64,000 nucleotides of DNA from Chloroflexota bacterium (GTDB lineage Bacteria; Chloroflexota; UBA11872; VXNJ01): contig OZ253449.1 of NCBI GenBank assembly GCA_965261345.1, forward strand, positions 1,056,001 through 1,120,000. The letters are read 5' to 3'. Numbering within the stretch: position 1 is the first letter of the stretch; each line of letters opens with the position of its first letter. Under the pieces are notes generated by a model. The model was not told the origin of the DNA. It searched no databases and worked only from the letters and a program-made list of their open reading frames with translations. Shown here piece by piece: positions 9,954-21,448 of the stretch. The position numbers and the translations under genes were made by a program.

Positions 9954-11135
9954 ATGACCGCGATGAAGCTCAAGGAAAGCCTGAGCAACATCTGGTTCCG
10001 AGAACGTTCGCGCTCGCGGTTGATAAACGTGGTGGTGGGAACTACCGCCGGAATAGTCGCCATTTACGTTGCGGTTTCGATCGCGACTAATTTCTTTGAT
10101 TTTGATTTTCTGTTCGGTCCCTACGGCAGCCCTGATCGCAGTTCGATCATCGCGCAACTGGACGTGGAGGCCAGCGATCCCAGATGGCTGGGAATGCTCA
10201 AGGGCGCGGGCAACACCCTTTCGGTGGTGATCTTTGCAATTGCTCTCGCCTCGCTGCTGGGGTTGGCAGTGGGAGTGGCCAGGCTCTCAAGTAACCCGAT
10301 CGTTAGCCGGCTGGGCAAGGTTTACGTCGAGCTTTTTCGAAACCTTCCGCTGCTCCTGATCATGTTTTTCTTTGCCTTTGCAGTATTCCGCCAGCTCCCG
10401 CTAATTGAGGGCGGATCAGGACTGGGAAGAGCGTTCTATATCAGCAATCGCGGACTGGCCATCCTCTGGCCCGAGGCGGCCAATTCGTTCTGGTGGATTT
10501 GGCTGGGCGCCGTCGTGGCGGCCGGCGCGGCCGGCTGGCTGCTGCGGAAACAGCGCCTCCGAATCGAGGACGAAACCGGACGGGTGACCCGTCCCAACAC
10601 CTGGGGATTGGTGCTATTTGTGATCATCGCGGCGCTCGCCTATCTGGCTTTGGGATTGCCGATTCGCCCGAGTTTCCCCGAGGTTGTCCAATCCGAATCG
10701 GGGTTCTTTACCTACACCGGTGGCAACTTGCTCGGCCTTGGCTACATAAGTGCGCTGGTGTCGCTGTCACTGTACTTTAGCGGCTTCATCGCCGAAATTG
10801 TCCGTGGTTCGATACAGGCGGTTCCGCACGGGCAGACCGAGGCCTCGGCCTCATTGGGTCTAACCGCCTACCAGCGTTTCACCCTGGTCGTCCTTCCGCA
10901 GGCGCTGCGAATCATGCTCCCTTCGCTTAACAACGAGTTCCAGAATGCCAACAAGGATTCGACCCTGGCCCACGCGATCGCCTATGGCGAGATCGTCCTG
11001 ATATCCAATCGGATCATTAACAACTCCGGCAATCTGCTGCAGACCTACGCGTTCATTTTCCTGGTGTTTGTCATCACCAACCTGATTATTTCCTTCGTGA
11101 TGAACACGATTAATCGCAACGTGCAGATCAAATGA
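9954..11135 (+). CDS. Amino-acid ABC transporter permease (AapQ-like)
   Basis: YVELFRNLPLL, AEIVRGSIQAVPHGQTEA (EAA motif); start uncertain (9936 lies inside the hairpin). Confidence 0.88.
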   Translation: MTAMKLKESLSNIWFRERSRSRLINVVVGTTAGIVAIYVAVSIATNFFDFDFLFGPYGSPDRSSIIAQLDVEASDPRWLGMLKGAGNTLSVVIFAIALASLLGLAVGVARLSSNPIVSRLGKVYVELFRNLPLLLIMFFFAFAVFRQLPLIEGGSGLGRAFYISNRGLAILWPEAANSFWWIWLGAVVAAGAAGWLLRKQRLRIEDETGRVTRPNTWGLVLFVIIAALAYLALGLPIRPSFPEVVQSESGFFTYTGGNLLGLGYISALVSLSLYFSGFIAEIVRGSIQAVPHGQTEASASLGLTAYQRFTLVVLPQALRIMLPSLNNEFQNANKDSTLAHAIAYGEIVLISNRIINNSGNLLQTYAFIFLVFVITNLIISFVMNTINRNVQIK

Positions 11136-12475
11136 CGGCCCTGGCCAATCACCGGCATTCGCTCGGTCGCAGCTTGGTCTGGGCGCGCGAAAACCTTTTT
11201 GATTCGCGTGGCAATGCCGCCCTGAGCATTGTTTCGGTGCTGGTCGGGGCGCTGCTGGCTTTCCTCGTGCTCAAATTCGTGCTCTTTGAGGCCAATTGGG
11301 GCCTGGTCGCAATCAACCGCAAGCTGTTCTTCATCGGCAGCTACCCCGCCGACGAGGAATACCGAATCTGGATTGCGGTTTTCTTGGCCGCCGCACTGGC
11401 GGCGGTTACCTACGGCATTTGGGTCGGGCGGATGAAACCGCTGGTGGTAACCGTTGCCGTCCTGGCCGCGGTCATCCTAACCCTCGGCCTGGGTACCCAG
11501 TTTCAAATTGTGGAAAGCCAGTACAGCGAGGAGTTTGTCTCCGCCGGGCAGACAACCGTGGTCACCGGAGTGGAACGGCAACTGGTGCAGGAGGACGGTT
11601 GGGCTCCACGCTGGCTGTACTCGATATCACTCGGCCTGGCGGTGCCATTCGGCCCGACCTGGATCCTCGTGGCGATCCTATTTGCGGCACTAATTGCCGC
11701 CGCCCAGGCGGGGCACTATCTGGCGCGCTGGAAGCAGAATCCCATTCTGCGCCAATCCATCGGGGCCGGATGGGTCCTGCTGGTGCCGATCACGCTGGTG
11801 CTCCAGATCGGGGTGTCGATCGGGCATTGGGAAAGCGTATTTCTCGACATCCTGGTGTTTGCGGTCGGCGGGGTCTTCTCGTTTCTGATCGGCCTAATCC
11901 TAGCGTTGGCGCGATCCTCCCGTTACACGGCGATCCGACTTTCGGCGGTCGGCTACATCGAGACGGTGCGGGCCGCTCCGTTGCTGGTCTGGTTGCTTTT
12001 TGCAACCTTCCTACAGGATGAACTCGGTCCGATCGGCCAGGCGTTCAGCGGCATCGATCTGGTCTTTCGGGTAATGGTGGTATTCGCCTTTTTCGGCGGT
12101 GCCTACATCGCCGAGGTCATCCGTGGCGGTCTGCAATCCATAACGAAAGGCCAATTCGAGGCCTCCGAAGCAATCGGCCTCAGCCCGCTGCAGATGTACG
12201 TGTTCATCATCCTGCCGCAGGCGATAAAGGCGGTAATTCCCGCAATCATTGGCCGGTTCATCGCGCTGTGGAAAGACACCGCCCTGCTGGCGGCGATATC
12301 GTTGGTGAACACCCTTGAAAAGGCCAAAAAAGTCCTCGGTGGGCAAGCCGACATCGCCGAAGGGGCATTTTTCGAGGTTTACATCATCGTCGGCCTAATT
12401 TACTGGACCGTGTCCTACGTACTCTCCCGGCTCGGCGCCGCCGCCGAAGACCGATTGGGTCAAAGCCCGAGGTAA
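11132..12475 (+). CDS. Amino-acid ABC transporter permease (AapM-like)
   Basis: [31 protein letters not shown]. Confidence 0.88.
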   Translation: MTALANHRHSLGRSLVWARENLFDSRGNAALSIVSVLVGALLAFLVLKFVLFEANWGLVAINRKLFFIGSYPADEEYRIWIAVFLAAALAAVTYGIWVGRMKPLVVTVAVLAAVILTLGLGTQFQIVESQYSEEFVSAGQTTVVTGVERQLVQEDGWAPRWLYSISLGLAVPFGPTWILVAILFAALIAAAQAGHYLARWKQNPILRQSIGAGWVLLVPITLVLQIGVSIGHWESVFLDILVFAVGGVFSFLIGLILALARSSRYTAIRLSAVGYIETVRAAPLLVWLLFATFLQDELGPIGQAFSGIDLVFRVMVVFAFFGGAYIAEVIRGGLQSITKGQFEASEAIGLSPLQMYVFIILPQAIKAVIPAIIGRFIALWKDTALLAAISLVNTLEKAKKVLGGQADIAEGAFFEVYIIVGLIYWTVSYVLSRLGAAAEDRLGQSPR

Positions 12476-12498
12476 TTGCCACCAGAAATGGACCACAT

Positions 12499-13251
12499 AT
12501 GACAGTTCAAAGCGACTATGAGATCGTCCAACTCCGGGGGGTGGTCAAGCGTTTCGGCGATTTTGTCGCTCTTAAGAACATCGATATCTCGATCAAAGAG
12601 GGCGAGGTCGTAATCATCATCGGGCCATCCGGCTCAGGCAAGTCCACGCTTTTGCGGACAATCAACCAGCTAGAGAAGCACGATGCCGGGACCGTCACCG
12701 TAGACGGAATTGAATTGACCGACGATGCCCGGAGCCTTGCCAAGATCCGGACTGAGACCGGCATGGTCTTTCAGCAATTTAATCTGTTCCCGCATCTGAC
12801 GGTTCTGCGCAACATCACCCTGGCGCCCCAGAAAGTGCGGCACATGCCGCAAAAGGAAGCCGATCAGCTGGGTCTTCGACTGCTCAACCGGGTAGGGATT
12901 CCCGAGCAGGCGGACAAGTTTCCGGGGCAGCTTTCGGGCGGACAGCAACAGCGGGTGGCAATTGCGCGCGCGCTGGCCATGAACCCCAAGGTAATGATGT
13001 TTGACGAACCGACTTCAGCCCTCGACCCGGAAATGATCAATGAGGTCCTCAAGGTGATGGGCGAGCTGGCCGAAACCGGGATGACCATGATCTGCGTGAC
13101 CCATGAGATGGGTTTTGCACGAAATGCCGCCGATCGGGTGATCTTTATGGACGAGGGTGAAATCGTCGAAAAGGCAACTGCCGAGGATTTCTTCAACAGC
13201 CCGCGCGAAGAGCGCACCAAGCGATTCCTAGATCAGATCCTCACGCACTGA
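12499..13251 (+). CDS. Amino-acid ABC transporter ATP-binding protein (GlnQ/AapP-like)
   Basis: [27 protein letters not shown]. Confidence 0.95.
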   Translation: MTVQSDYEIVQLRGVVKRFGDFVALKNIDISIKEGEVVIIIGPSGSGKSTLLRTINQLEKHDAGTVTVDGIELTDDARSLAKIRTETGMVFQQFNLFPHLTVLRNITLAPQKVRHMPQKEADQLGLRLLNRVGIPEQADKFPGQLSGGQQQRVAIARALAMNPKVMMFDEPTSALDPEMINEVLKVMGELAETGMTMICVTHEMGFARNAADRVIFMDEGEIVEKATAEDFFNSPREERTKRFLDQILTH

Positions 13252-13618
13252 CCATGCGAAATTAAGTTGCGCCGCACAAGCTAGCCGTTGGGGCCGGCTG
13301 GCTTCAGCTTTTATGGTAGGTCGGGAGGTGTATTGAGTTCTCAACGCAGCCGGGCACTTCGGCTGCGACGATGCAATGTGGGCCACTGCGGGCATTCTCA
13401 AGCACGGCCTCCAATTGCCGATCGCGTCGATCCTAATGCAATCACCGCCGATGACCGGACTTTCCGCATTGCCCGCGGTGCAACACGCTCGGGTCCACCG
13501 GACCGGACAATTTCAAGAACCTCGTACTAAGGCTTCCGCTGACAATCTTATGGGAGACTGCCCGAACGGCTCGGTTGCCCACCTGTGAGCGAGGTGCCGA
13601 GAGGGAATCACCGTACTC

Positions 13619-15820
13619 GTGACACTTTACGCGCATTCGACGAATAGCAGAGGGAAGCGCCAACCGCTGGCCGACCACCTGCGCAACGTTGCCGAACTCG
13701 CACGTGAGCGGGCTCAGCCCTTCGGCGGAGGCGACCTTGCCTTTCTCGCTGGCATTTGGCACGACGCGGGCAAGGCGGACCCCGAATGGCAGCGTTACCT
13801 TCGCGAGAGCGAGGCTGGCACGCGCGGACGCGGCACCGGTCCGGATCACAAGTGCGCGGGCGTGCTGCAGGCAGAGGAGAGCGACCATCCCTGGTATGTA
13901 GGGCACCTGATCCATGCGCACCACGGCGGTCTCGCCGACCCTCAGACTGACTTTCGTGCCTGGTTGAGTGAGAAGCGGAACCTCCCCGGCCCAAGACGCG
14001 CTCTTGAAGCCCTCCTCGCTGAACTGCCCAACTTCTTTGATCAGCTAACCCTGGCGATCCCGCTACACATTAAGAAAAATAATCTTGCCGCGGAGTTCTT
14101 CTTGCGCATGACCTACTCTGCGCTCGTCGACGCGGACAGCCTCGACACTGAGGCGCACAATTTGAGCGGCGTGCTTTCCGGCCGTGGAGGCACCACCACG
14201 CTCCCGGAACTCTGGCGTCGCTACGAGGCCTTTCTGGCGAGCGAGCCTTCCGCGCCGGGCGGTGACGTCAACCGCGTCCGGCGCGAGGTGCACGAGGCGT
14301 GTCTGTCGGCGGCGTCCAACCCATCCGGCATCTTCCGGTTGACGGTCCCTACCGGCGGCGGCAAGACGCGCTCCGCGATGGCATTCGCCCTCCGCCACGG
14401 GATCGAGCACGATATGCGGCGCGTTGTCGTGGCCGTTCCCTTCACGACCATCACCCAGCAGACCGCCGAGGTGTACCGGCGCATCTTCGAACAAGATCAC
14501 GAGGAAGCCAGCCGAGTGGTGCTCGAGCACCACTCGGCTGGAGTGGAGGGCGCCAGGGCAAGTGCGAGTGATGATGAAGGCCCCGCCCCTGATGTCGTCT
14601 GGCAGCGCCTCGCCGCCGAGAACTGGGATGCGCCCCTCGTCGTTACCACGACCGTGCAGTTGTTCGAGAGCCTCTTCTCCAATCGGCGCGGCAAAACCCA
14701 GAAGATCCACAACCTCGCCGGTAGCGTGATCATCCTCGACGAGGCGCAGGCGCTGCCGGCTGGCTTGCTCGCCCCCATTCTCGATGGCTTGCGCCAGCTC
14801 ACCGAGCACTACGGCGCCAGCGTAGTGCTTTCGACGGCGACGCAGCCTGCATTCGACCTCGTTGACGGGTTCAGAGACATCACGGCCAGCGAGATCGTGC
14901 CCGACCACGCCCGGCACTTTGAGATGCTCAAGCGCGTCGAGTATGACTTTTCGAGAATCGACGAGCCGAACGAGTGGTCGGACGTCGCTGAGCAGATGCG
15001 CAAGGGGCGAAGCGTGCTTGCGATCGTGAACACAAAGCGCCACGCGATGGAACTGCTTGACGCGCTCGGCGATCCAGATGCCTTGCACCTCTCGACCCTC
15101 CTCTGTAGGGCGCACCGCGACGAGGTGCTCGATGAGATCCGGCAGCGGCTCTCCGTGGGCGAGCCGTGTCGTGTCGTAAGCACACAGGTGGTGGAGGCGG
15201 GTGTCGATCTCGACTTCGCGATTGTGTTTCGCGCCGAGGCTCCGCTCGACTCCATCATCCAGGCGGCCGGACGCTGCAACCGCGAGGGGCTGCTCAAGAT
15301 CCCGGGACGTGTGGTAGTGTTCAGGCCGCCGAATGAGACGTCGCCGCCAGGCGTCTACCGGTCCGGACGAGACATCGCGCGAGTCGTCCGTGAACTTCCG
15401 GGTTTCGATCCACACGACCCCGAGGCCATGCGGCGGTACTTCGAGTTGCTGTTCGGAACGGCTGTGGACACCGACGCGAAAAAGGTGCAACAGGCCCGCA
15501 AGAACCTCGACTTCCCAGCCGTGGCTGACAGATTCCGCATGATCGACGATGACGCCTGCGACGTCATCGTCGACTACCCTGAGAGCGATGCGACGAACAT
15601 CGATCGCCTTGTCGAGCAATTGCGTGCCCGCGAACGTCCCGCCCGCGCGATTCTGCGCGACCTTCAACCCCACATGGTCTCAATCTACCAGAGCGAATAC
15701 GAACGGCGGCTTAGGGATGGGTTCATTGAAGAACTGTTGCCCGGCGTTGGGCGCTGGCCGCGGGGGTATTATCACTCCGTGCGGGGCATCACCGACGCGG
15801 ACCCCGACACGATCTTCTGA
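13619..15820 (+). CDS. cas3: Cas3 HD nuclease-helicase
   Basis: LADHL..V, WHDAGK, HH, LVDADSLD, VPTGGGKT, DEAQ, STAT, QAAGRCNR. Confidence 0.96.
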   Translation: MTLYAHSTNSRGKRQPLADHLRNVAELARERAQPFGGGDLAFLAGIWHDAGKADPEWQRYLRESEAGTRGRGTGPDHKCAGVLQAEESDHPWYVGHLIHAHHGGLADPQTDFRAWLSEKRNLPGPRRALEALLAELPNFFDQLTLAIPLHIKKNNLAAEFFLRMTYSALVDADSLDTEAHNLSGVLSGRGGTTTLPELWRRYEAFLASEPSAPGGDVNRVRREVHEACLSAASNPSGIFRLTVPTGGGKTRSAMAFALRHGIEHDMRRVVVAVPFTTITQQTAEVYRRIFEQDHEEASRVVLEHHSAGVEGARASASDDEGPAPDVVWQRLAAENWDAPLVVTTTVQLFESLFSNRRGKTQKIHNLAGSVIILDEAQALPAGLLAPILDGLRQLTEHYGASVVLSTATQPAFDLVDGFRDITASEIVPDHARHFEMLKRVEYDFSRIDEPNEWSDVAEQMRKGRSVLAIVNTKRHAMELLDALGDPDALHLSTLLCRAHRDEVLDEIRQRLSVGEPCRVVSTQVVEAGVDLDFAIVFRAEAPLDSIIQAAGRCNREGLLKIPGRVVVFRPPNETSPPGVYRSGRDIARVVRELPGFDPHDPEAMRRYFELLFGTAVDTDAKKVQQARKNLDFPAVADRFRMIDDDACDVIVDYPESDATNIDRLVEQLRARERPARAILRDLQPHMVSIYQSEYERRLRDGFIEELLPGVGRWPRGYYHSVRGITDADPDTIF

Positions 15821-15923
15821 GGCCACCGCGTCTGACGTTGATTTGGACGCGCCCCCTCTCGCCTATTTAGAGGCTTGTCAGGCGGTGGATACCGCGGGCG
15901 GATGCCCAGTCGAGGAGTGAGTC

Positions 15924-16583
15924 ATGGTTTGGTCACGTAGTCTGCCACCGTTGGAGACTAAGCTGTGGGGTGACTTCGCGTGCTTCACTCGCCCCGAGAT
16001 GAAGGTTGAGCGCGTGACCTATCCGGTCATGACGCCATCCGCCGCGCGGGGCGCGCTTGAGGCGATCTTCTGGAAGCCGCAGGTCGCCTGGCACGTTGAG
16101 GAGATTCACGTTCTCAAGCCGATCGCCTACACGTCGATCCTGCGGAACGAGATCAACGACCGGCAGAGCGACCGCTCCGCGCGGCGCTGGGCGCAAGCTG
16201 GCGGCGGCTACGATGCATCCGCTAATCGCGCCCAGCGGCACACGCTCGCGCTGCGCGATGTGACGTACGTCGTGCGTGCGCAACTCGTGCTCCAGGATGG
16301 CGTAGACGACCACATCGCCAAGTACCGCGACCAGTTCCGCCGCCGAGTTGCCTCGGGCCGCTGCTTCGCTACGCCCTATCTCGGCTGCCGAGAGTTCAGC
16401 GCATCGTTTGGCGAGCCGGAGCCCGGCGATGCGCCGATCGAACGCAGCGAGGATATCGGTCTCATGCTGCTCGACATCGACTACGACCCCGATGGCGGCG
16501 GTCGGGGTACGCCGCGGTTCTTCCGCGCATCGCTCGATCACGGTGTGCTGCGCGTCCCGGATCGCTTCGCGGAGGTTTCGTGA
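15924..16583 (+). CDS. cas5c: Type I-C Cas5c (Cas5d)
   Basis: WGDFACFTRPEMKVERVTYPVMTPSAARG, PYLGCREF. Confidence 0.96.
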   Translation: MVWSRSLPPLETKLWGDFACFTRPEMKVERVTYPVMTPSAARGALEAIFWKPQVAWHVEEIHVLKPIAYTSILRNEINDRQSDRSARRWAQAGGGYDASANRAQRHTLALRDVTYVVRAQLVLQDGVDDHIAKYRDQFRRRVASGRCFATPYLGCREFSASFGEPEPGDAPIERSEDIGLMLLDIDYDPDGGGRGTPRFFRASLDHGVLRVPDRFAEVS

Positions 16584-18346
16584 TGCTTCTGAGCAAGTTG
16601 AGGGAGTACGCGGACGAGCGACTTGAGGATCAACTCCCCCCGCTCTACGCGAACACGCCCGTCGCCTGGATCGTTATGCTCGACTCCGATGGCCACGCGA
16701 TCTCGCCGCAGCCTATCTCGCGTACCGACCCGAGCACCACGCGCGGGAGGCGCGGCCTCGATATGACTGCGCCCGAAGTGCAGCGTGCGGCTGGCATCAA
16801 GCCGCTGCTGCTTGCCGACAACGGCGAGTACACGTTCGGGCGGGCACGCGATCCCGCGAAGCAGGCACGCGTCGATCAGGCACACGCCGAATACCGCGAA
16901 CTCCTCGATCGCTGCGCGATCGAGACGGAGGAGCCGGCGGTGCTTGCCGTGAAGCGATTCTACGAACGCGGCGGCGCCGACCAGCTGACCCTCGGCGAGG
17001 ACTGGGACTACGGACTCAAGGTCACCTTCGAGGTGACACTGGAGGACGGCGCGCTTCAGCGTCCGATCGACTTGCCCGCAGTGCAGGGGTTTTGGCTCGC
17101 GTCGAACACACCCGACGCCGGCGCCGACAATCAATGTCTCGTGTGCGGCGAGTCGAAGCCAGTGCTCGATCGCCTCCAGGCGAAGATCAAGGGGATCCGC
17201 GGCGGCCAGTCCTCGGGCACGTCGATCATCTCCGCCAACTCCTCGGCGTTCGAGTCGTACGGGCTGAAGGCATCAAGGGTCGCGCCCACGTGCCGGGAGT
17301 GCGGGGAGTCGTTCACGCGCGCACTGAACAGCCTGCTCGCCGATGAGCGCACCAGCTTCGGCGCCGCGGACGCGACGTTCGCCTTCTGGACGCGCGAGCA
17401 TGTTGGATTCGACTTTGCAGCCCACATGCGGCAACCCGACTCCGCGCAAGTACAGGCGCTCATCGAGTCTCCGCGAAGGGGGCGTCAGACGACGCTCGGA
17501 GACGAGACGGCGTTCTACGCCGCCTCGCTCTCGGCGAGCGGCGGGCGGGCTGTGGTCCGGGACTGGATCGATACGACCGTGGAGAGCATGGAGGACAGCG
17601 TTGCGCGGTGGTTCAGACTACAGCGGATCGCCGACCCACGGGACGAGGACCCGGAGGACATGCACCCACGTCCGCTGAGTCTCTTTCAGCTTGCGGCATC
17701 GACGGTGCGGGACGCGCGCCGCGACCTTCCCGTCACGGCGCCGCGCTCGCTGTTCCGGGCCGCTCTGTCGGCTACACCGATACCGCTGGAAGTCGCCTTC
17801 CAGGCCGTTCGGCGCTGTCGCGCGGAGCAGGGCGTCACCCGCCCCCGCGCCGCGCTCATCAAGCTTGTCCTGCTGAGCCGGGAGACAACCCCGCCAAAGG
17901 AGAACTACATGGTTGCCCTTGAGACCGAACACCCGTCGCCCGCCTACCACTGCGGCCGCCTGCTCGCGGTCATCGAGGATGTGCAGCGGGCGGCGCTTCC
18001 GCGTGTGAACGCTACCATCGTCAACCGCTACTACGGCGCGGCGTCGTCCACGCCCGCGGTTGTGTTCGGCGCGCTGCTGCGGGGCGCGCAGCCCCATCTC
18101 GCGAGGCTGAAGCGCGACCGTCCGGGCACCTACGTCAATCTTCAGCGCCGCCTCGAAGAGGTCATGGCGCAGATCGGCGACTGGCCAACGACACTTCCGC
18201 TTAGGGAACAAGCCCTGTTCTCGCTCGGTTACTACCACCAGCGGGCGCATGGCAGAGCAGAGATGGCGAGCCGCCGGGCGGCGCGTAATGCCGATCCAGG
18301 CGCCGAAGGCCCGAAGACCGATACCGAACAGGAGCACCAATCATGA
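16580..18346 (+). CDS. cas8c: Type I-C Cas8c/Csd1
   Basis: QCLVCGE, IISANSSAFESYG, AYHCGRLLA, FSLGYYHQR; position between cas5c and cas7. Confidence 0.94.
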   Translation: MMLLSKLREYADERLEDQLPPLYANTPVAWIVMLDSDGHAISPQPISRTDPSTTRGRRGLDMTAPEVQRAAGIKPLLLADNGEYTFGRARDPAKQARVDQAHAEYRELLDRCAIETEEPAVLAVKRFYERGGADQLTLGEDWDYGLKVTFEVTLEDGALQRPIDLPAVQGFWLASNTPDAGADNQCLVCGESKPVLDRLQAKIKGIRGGQSSGTSIISANSSAFESYGLKASRVAPTCRECGESFTRALNSLLADERTSFGAADATFAFWTREHVGFDFAAHMRQPDSAQVQALIESPRRGRQTTLGDETAFYAASLSASGGRAVVRDWIDTTVESMEDSVARWFRLQRIADPRDEDPEDMHPRPLSLFQLAASTVRDARRDLPVTAPRSLFRAALSATPIPLEVAFQAVRRCRAEQGVTRPRAALIKLVLLSRETTPPKENYMVALETEHPSPAYHCGRLLAVIEDVQRAALPRVNATIVNRYYGAASSTPAVVFGALLRGAQPHLARLKRDRPGTYVNLQRRLEEVMAQIGDWPTTLPLREQALFSLGYYHQRAHGRAEMASRRAARNADPGAEGPKTDTEQEHQS

Positions 18347-19248
18347 CCACCGCCACGACTTCGACCAGCGAAGTCAGCCGCCGCCACGACTTCGTCCTGT
18401 TGTTCGATGTGCGCGACGGCAATCCCAACGGCGACCCCGACGCCGGCAACCTGCCACGTGTCGATCCCGAGACGATGCAGGGCCTCGTGACGGACGTTGC
18501 GATCAAGCGCAAGGTGCGCGACTATGTTGACATGGCCCACGGCGACGAGAGTGACGGGCGCTTTAAGGTGTACGTGCAGCACGGCCAGTTCCTCGGGAAG
18601 CGGCGGGAGAGGGTCTTCAACCGTCGCGCGAGTGGCGAGGGGACGCCGGATCCGAGTGACGCCCAGACGTGGATGTGCGCTGAGTTTTATGACGTACGCA
18701 TGTTCGGTGCCGTGATGTCCATGAGGGAGCACAACGCCGGGCAGGTGCGAGGCCCGATGCAGCTGACATTCGCGCGGTCGATCGACCCCATTGTGCCCCT
18801 CGACTTCAGCATCGTCGGCCCGGCCCAGAACCGGCAGGACGTGAATCGCGAGGATGCCGACGGGCAGGCTACCAACTACGGGACGATGGGCCGCAAGTCC
18901 ACGGTCCCCTATGGGCTGTACCGCGCGCACGGCTTCTTCAATCCTCACTTCGCCAAGAAGACGGGCGTGGACGGCGAGGACCTCGCGCTCTTCTGGAATG
19001 CCCTCGAGATGATGTGGGACGTCGACCGCTCCGCTGCGCGGGGGGAGATGGCCTGCCGGGGGCTCTACGTCTTCAGTCACGATAGCAAGCTCGGTAACGC
19101 CGCCGCGCATCGCCTGTTCGACCTCATCCGTACGCTGCCGAGCACATCGGACGCGCCGCGATCGTTCTCCGACTACACCGTCGAGCACCCGCCCGACGGA
19201 CCCATCGAGGGGGCCTCCGGTGTGACGCTCACAACGCTGGTGAGCTGA
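18343..19248 (+). CDS. cas7c: Type I-C Cas7/Csd2
   Basis: GNPNGDPDAGNLPR, DVRMFGAV, MGRKSTVPYGLY. Confidence 0.96.
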   Translation: MTTATTSTSEVSRRHDFVLLFDVRDGNPNGDPDAGNLPRVDPETMQGLVTDVAIKRKVRDYVDMAHGDESDGRFKVYVQHGQFLGKRRERVFNRRASGEGTPDPSDAQTWMCAEFYDVRMFGAVMSMREHNAGQVRGPMQLTFARSIDPIVPLDFSIVGPAQNRQDVNREDADGQATNYGTMGRKSTVPYGLYRAHGFFNPHFAKKTGVDGEDLALFWNALEMMWDVDRSAARGEMACRGLYVFSHDSKLGNAAAHRLFDLIRTLPSTSDAPRSFSDYTVEHPPDGPIEGASGVTLTTLVS

Positions 19249-19265
19249 GCCGCGGGGCCGCCGCC

Positions 19266-19928
19266 GTGCAAGGAGCCGTCACGCCATGGGACGAGAATGA
19301 GTTGTTCGACGTACCGATCTCGGCCATCGAGCACTTCTCCTACTGCCCGCGGCAGTGCGCCCTCATCCACGTCGAGCAGACCTTCGAGGAGAACGCCTAC
19401 ACCATTCGCGGACGCATCTCCCATGAGCGCGTCGATAGCGGCGAGACCGAGAACCGGCCCGGCATTCGCGTGCTGCGCGGCCTTCCGCTCTGGTCGGAGC
19501 GTCTCGGCCTCCGTGGCAAGGCGGACGTTGTCGAACTGCGGGCGGGCGAGCCTCCCTTCCCGGTCGAGTACAAGGTAGGCCGCAGGCGCCCTCCGCACGC
19601 CGACCTGCAACTCTGCGCACAAGCCCTGTGTCTCGAGGAGATGCTCGGGACTGACGTGCCCGAAGGCGCAATCTACTCCCACGCCGAACGGCGGCGCTAT
19701 CGGATCCCGCTCCACGGTGCATTGCGGCAGCAAACGGTCAGGCTGGTAGGGGAAATCCGGGAGCAACTGCGCCGGCAAGTATTGCCACCGGCGGTCGACG
19801 ATGCCCGCTGTCCGCCATGTTCTCTCGTCAACGCGTGTCTACCCCAAGTAGCTGCGCAGCCGCATCGCTTACGCGGCATGCAGGGCGCGCTCTTCCGACC
19901 GCTGGAGCCAGTAAGCGAAGATGCATGA
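19266..19928 (+). CDS. cas4: Cas4
   Basis: YCPRQ, GKADVVE, VEYKVG, QLCAQALCLEEM, C..CSL...C. Confidence 0.95.
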   Translation: MQGAVTPWDENELFDVPISAIEHFSYCPRQCALIHVEQTFEENAYTIRGRISHERVDSGETENRPGIRVLRGLPLWSERLGLRGKADVVELRAGEPPFPVEYKVGRRRPPHADLQLCAQALCLEEMLGTDVPEGAIYSHAERRRYRIPLHGALRQQTVRLVGEIREQLRRQVLPPAVDDARCPPCSLVNACLPQVAAQPHRLRGMQGALFRPLEPVSEDA

Positions 19929-20952
19929 ATTGCTCAATACGCTCTACGTCACGACGCAGGGAGCGATGCTTCGCCTCGATCACGACACCGTGCGCGTCAT
20001 CATCGAAGATGAGACCCGCGCCCGACTGCCCCTCGTGCGATTGCAGGCGATCGTAGTCTTCGGCCGCGTCACGATTACAACGCCGCTGATTCACCGCTGC
20101 GCCGAAGATGGGCGCGGCGTTGTGTGGCTCACTAGGCATGGTCGATTCCGCGCCCGCCTCACCGGCCGTACGCTCGGCAACGTCATGCTCCGCAGAGCGC
20201 AGCATGAGGCACTCGGCGACCCTGATCGGACGCTGGCCCTCGCGAGACAGTACGTCGCGGGCAAGGTGCAGAACGCGCGTACCCTCGCCCTCCGCTCAGC
20301 TCGCGACAGCGCGGGAGCGGACGACGAAGCCGAGCTTCGCGCAGTCGCGGACAACCTCGCCTCGCTCCTCGGTGACATTCGCGATGCGCCCGATCTCGAT
20401 GTGTTGCGAGGGATCGAGGGCTTCGCGGCGCGAGCCTATTTTGGGGTATTTGGGAGGATGGTCCGCGCGGACCGGGCTGCGTTCACGCCGGACGGCCGTA
20501 CTCGGCGCCCCCCGCGTGACCGCGCGAACGCGCTGTTGTCGTTCTGCTACGCACTGCTCCGCGGCGAGTGCGAAGCGGCGCTCGAAGGCGTCGGCCTCGA
20601 TCCGCAAGTTGGCTACCTCCACGCGCTCCGCCCAGGGCGGCCCGCCCTGGCGCTCGACCTGATGGAGGAGCTCCGGCCCGCTATCGCGGACCGGCTCGTG
20701 TTGCGCATGATCAACCGCCGTCAGATCCGCGTCGACCACTTCGAGGAGATGCCCGGGGGTGCCGTCAGCCTTAACGAACAGGGGCTTCGCACGATCCTGG
20801 CCGAGTACTCGCGTCGCAAGGAGAGCGCCGTGCAGCACCGTCTCCTCAAGGAGCGCATCCCCGTGGGTCTCATACCCCACGTGCAGGCGCGACTCTTGGC
20901 CCGCCACCTACGGGGGGATTTGCGGCACTATCTCCCATACCGGGCACGTTGA
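19921..20952 (+). CDS. cas1: Cas1 (type I-C)
   Basis: LLNTLYVTTQG, LRGIEG, RRPPRD..NALLSF, LALDLMEELR. Confidence 0.96.
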   Translation: MHELLNTLYVTTQGAMLRLDHDTVRVIIEDETRARLPLVRLQAIVVFGRVTITTPLIHRCAEDGRGVVWLTRHGRFRARLTGRTLGNVMLRRAQHEALGDPDRTLALARQYVAGKVQNARTLALRSARDSAGADDEAELRAVADNLASLLGDIRDAPDLDVLRGIEGFAARAYFGVFGRMVRADRAAFTPDGRTRRPPRDRANALLSFCYALLRGECEAALEGVGLDPQVGYLHALRPGRPALALDLMEELRPAIADRLVLRMINRRQIRVDHFEEMPGGAVSLNEQGLRTILAEYSRRKESAVQHRLLKERIPVGLIPHVQARLLARHLRGDLRHYLPYRAR

Positions 20953-20974
20953 GGCGAGGCCAGAGGAGTGGACG

Positions 20975-21268
20975 ATGATGGAAATCCTCGTTGCGTACGA
21001 CGTGGCCACCAATGACACTGCGGGCCGGAGACGGCTGCGCCGTGTGGCGCAGGCTTGCGAGGCGTACGGCCAGCGCGTTCAGAATTCGGTGTTCGAGTGC
21101 GTGTTGAGCGACGCCGACATGGAGATGCTCGTCGCCAGGCTGCGCGCGGAGATGGATGAGACTGATGACAGCATCCGCATCTACCGCCTCCGGGAGCCGC
21201 TGTCCCGGCACCTTCTGACGTTCGGTGCGCGGCCTCCGTTCGACCAGCGAGGCACGCTGGTCTTTTGA
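20975..21268 (+). CDS. cas2: Cas2
   Basis: ILVAYDV..RRLRRVA..C..YGQRVQNSVFEC; GAGGAG RBS before ATG 20975. Confidence 0.95.
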   Translation: MMEILVAYDVATNDTAGRRRLRRVAQACEAYGQRVQNSVFECVLSDADMEMLVARLRAEMDETDDSIRIYRLREPLSRHLLTFGARPPFDQRGTLVF

Positions 21269-21448
21269 GTCACGCAACCGCGCGAACCTCCGGCAATCAC
21301 TATCAGGCCGGGTGCCCGCACACTTTTTTGCCCTTAAAGAAGGCAATTCGGCGGGAAGCAAGGGTGTTGAACGCCTCGCGAGGAATTAAAACCGACCGTG
21401 AGTTGACAATAATCGAGCATACGAGCCCCGCAACAGGGGTTTCGAAGC
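21269..21448 (+). promoter_or_regulatory. CRISPR leader
   Basis: Lower-GC noncoding region between cas2 and the first repeat; contains TTGACA. Confidence 0.7.

Noticed and set aside
14063-15673. 536-aa antisense ORF within cas3, and many similar shadow ORFs across the window
   Set aside because: GC-rich codon-bias shadows of well-supported genes on the opposite strand.
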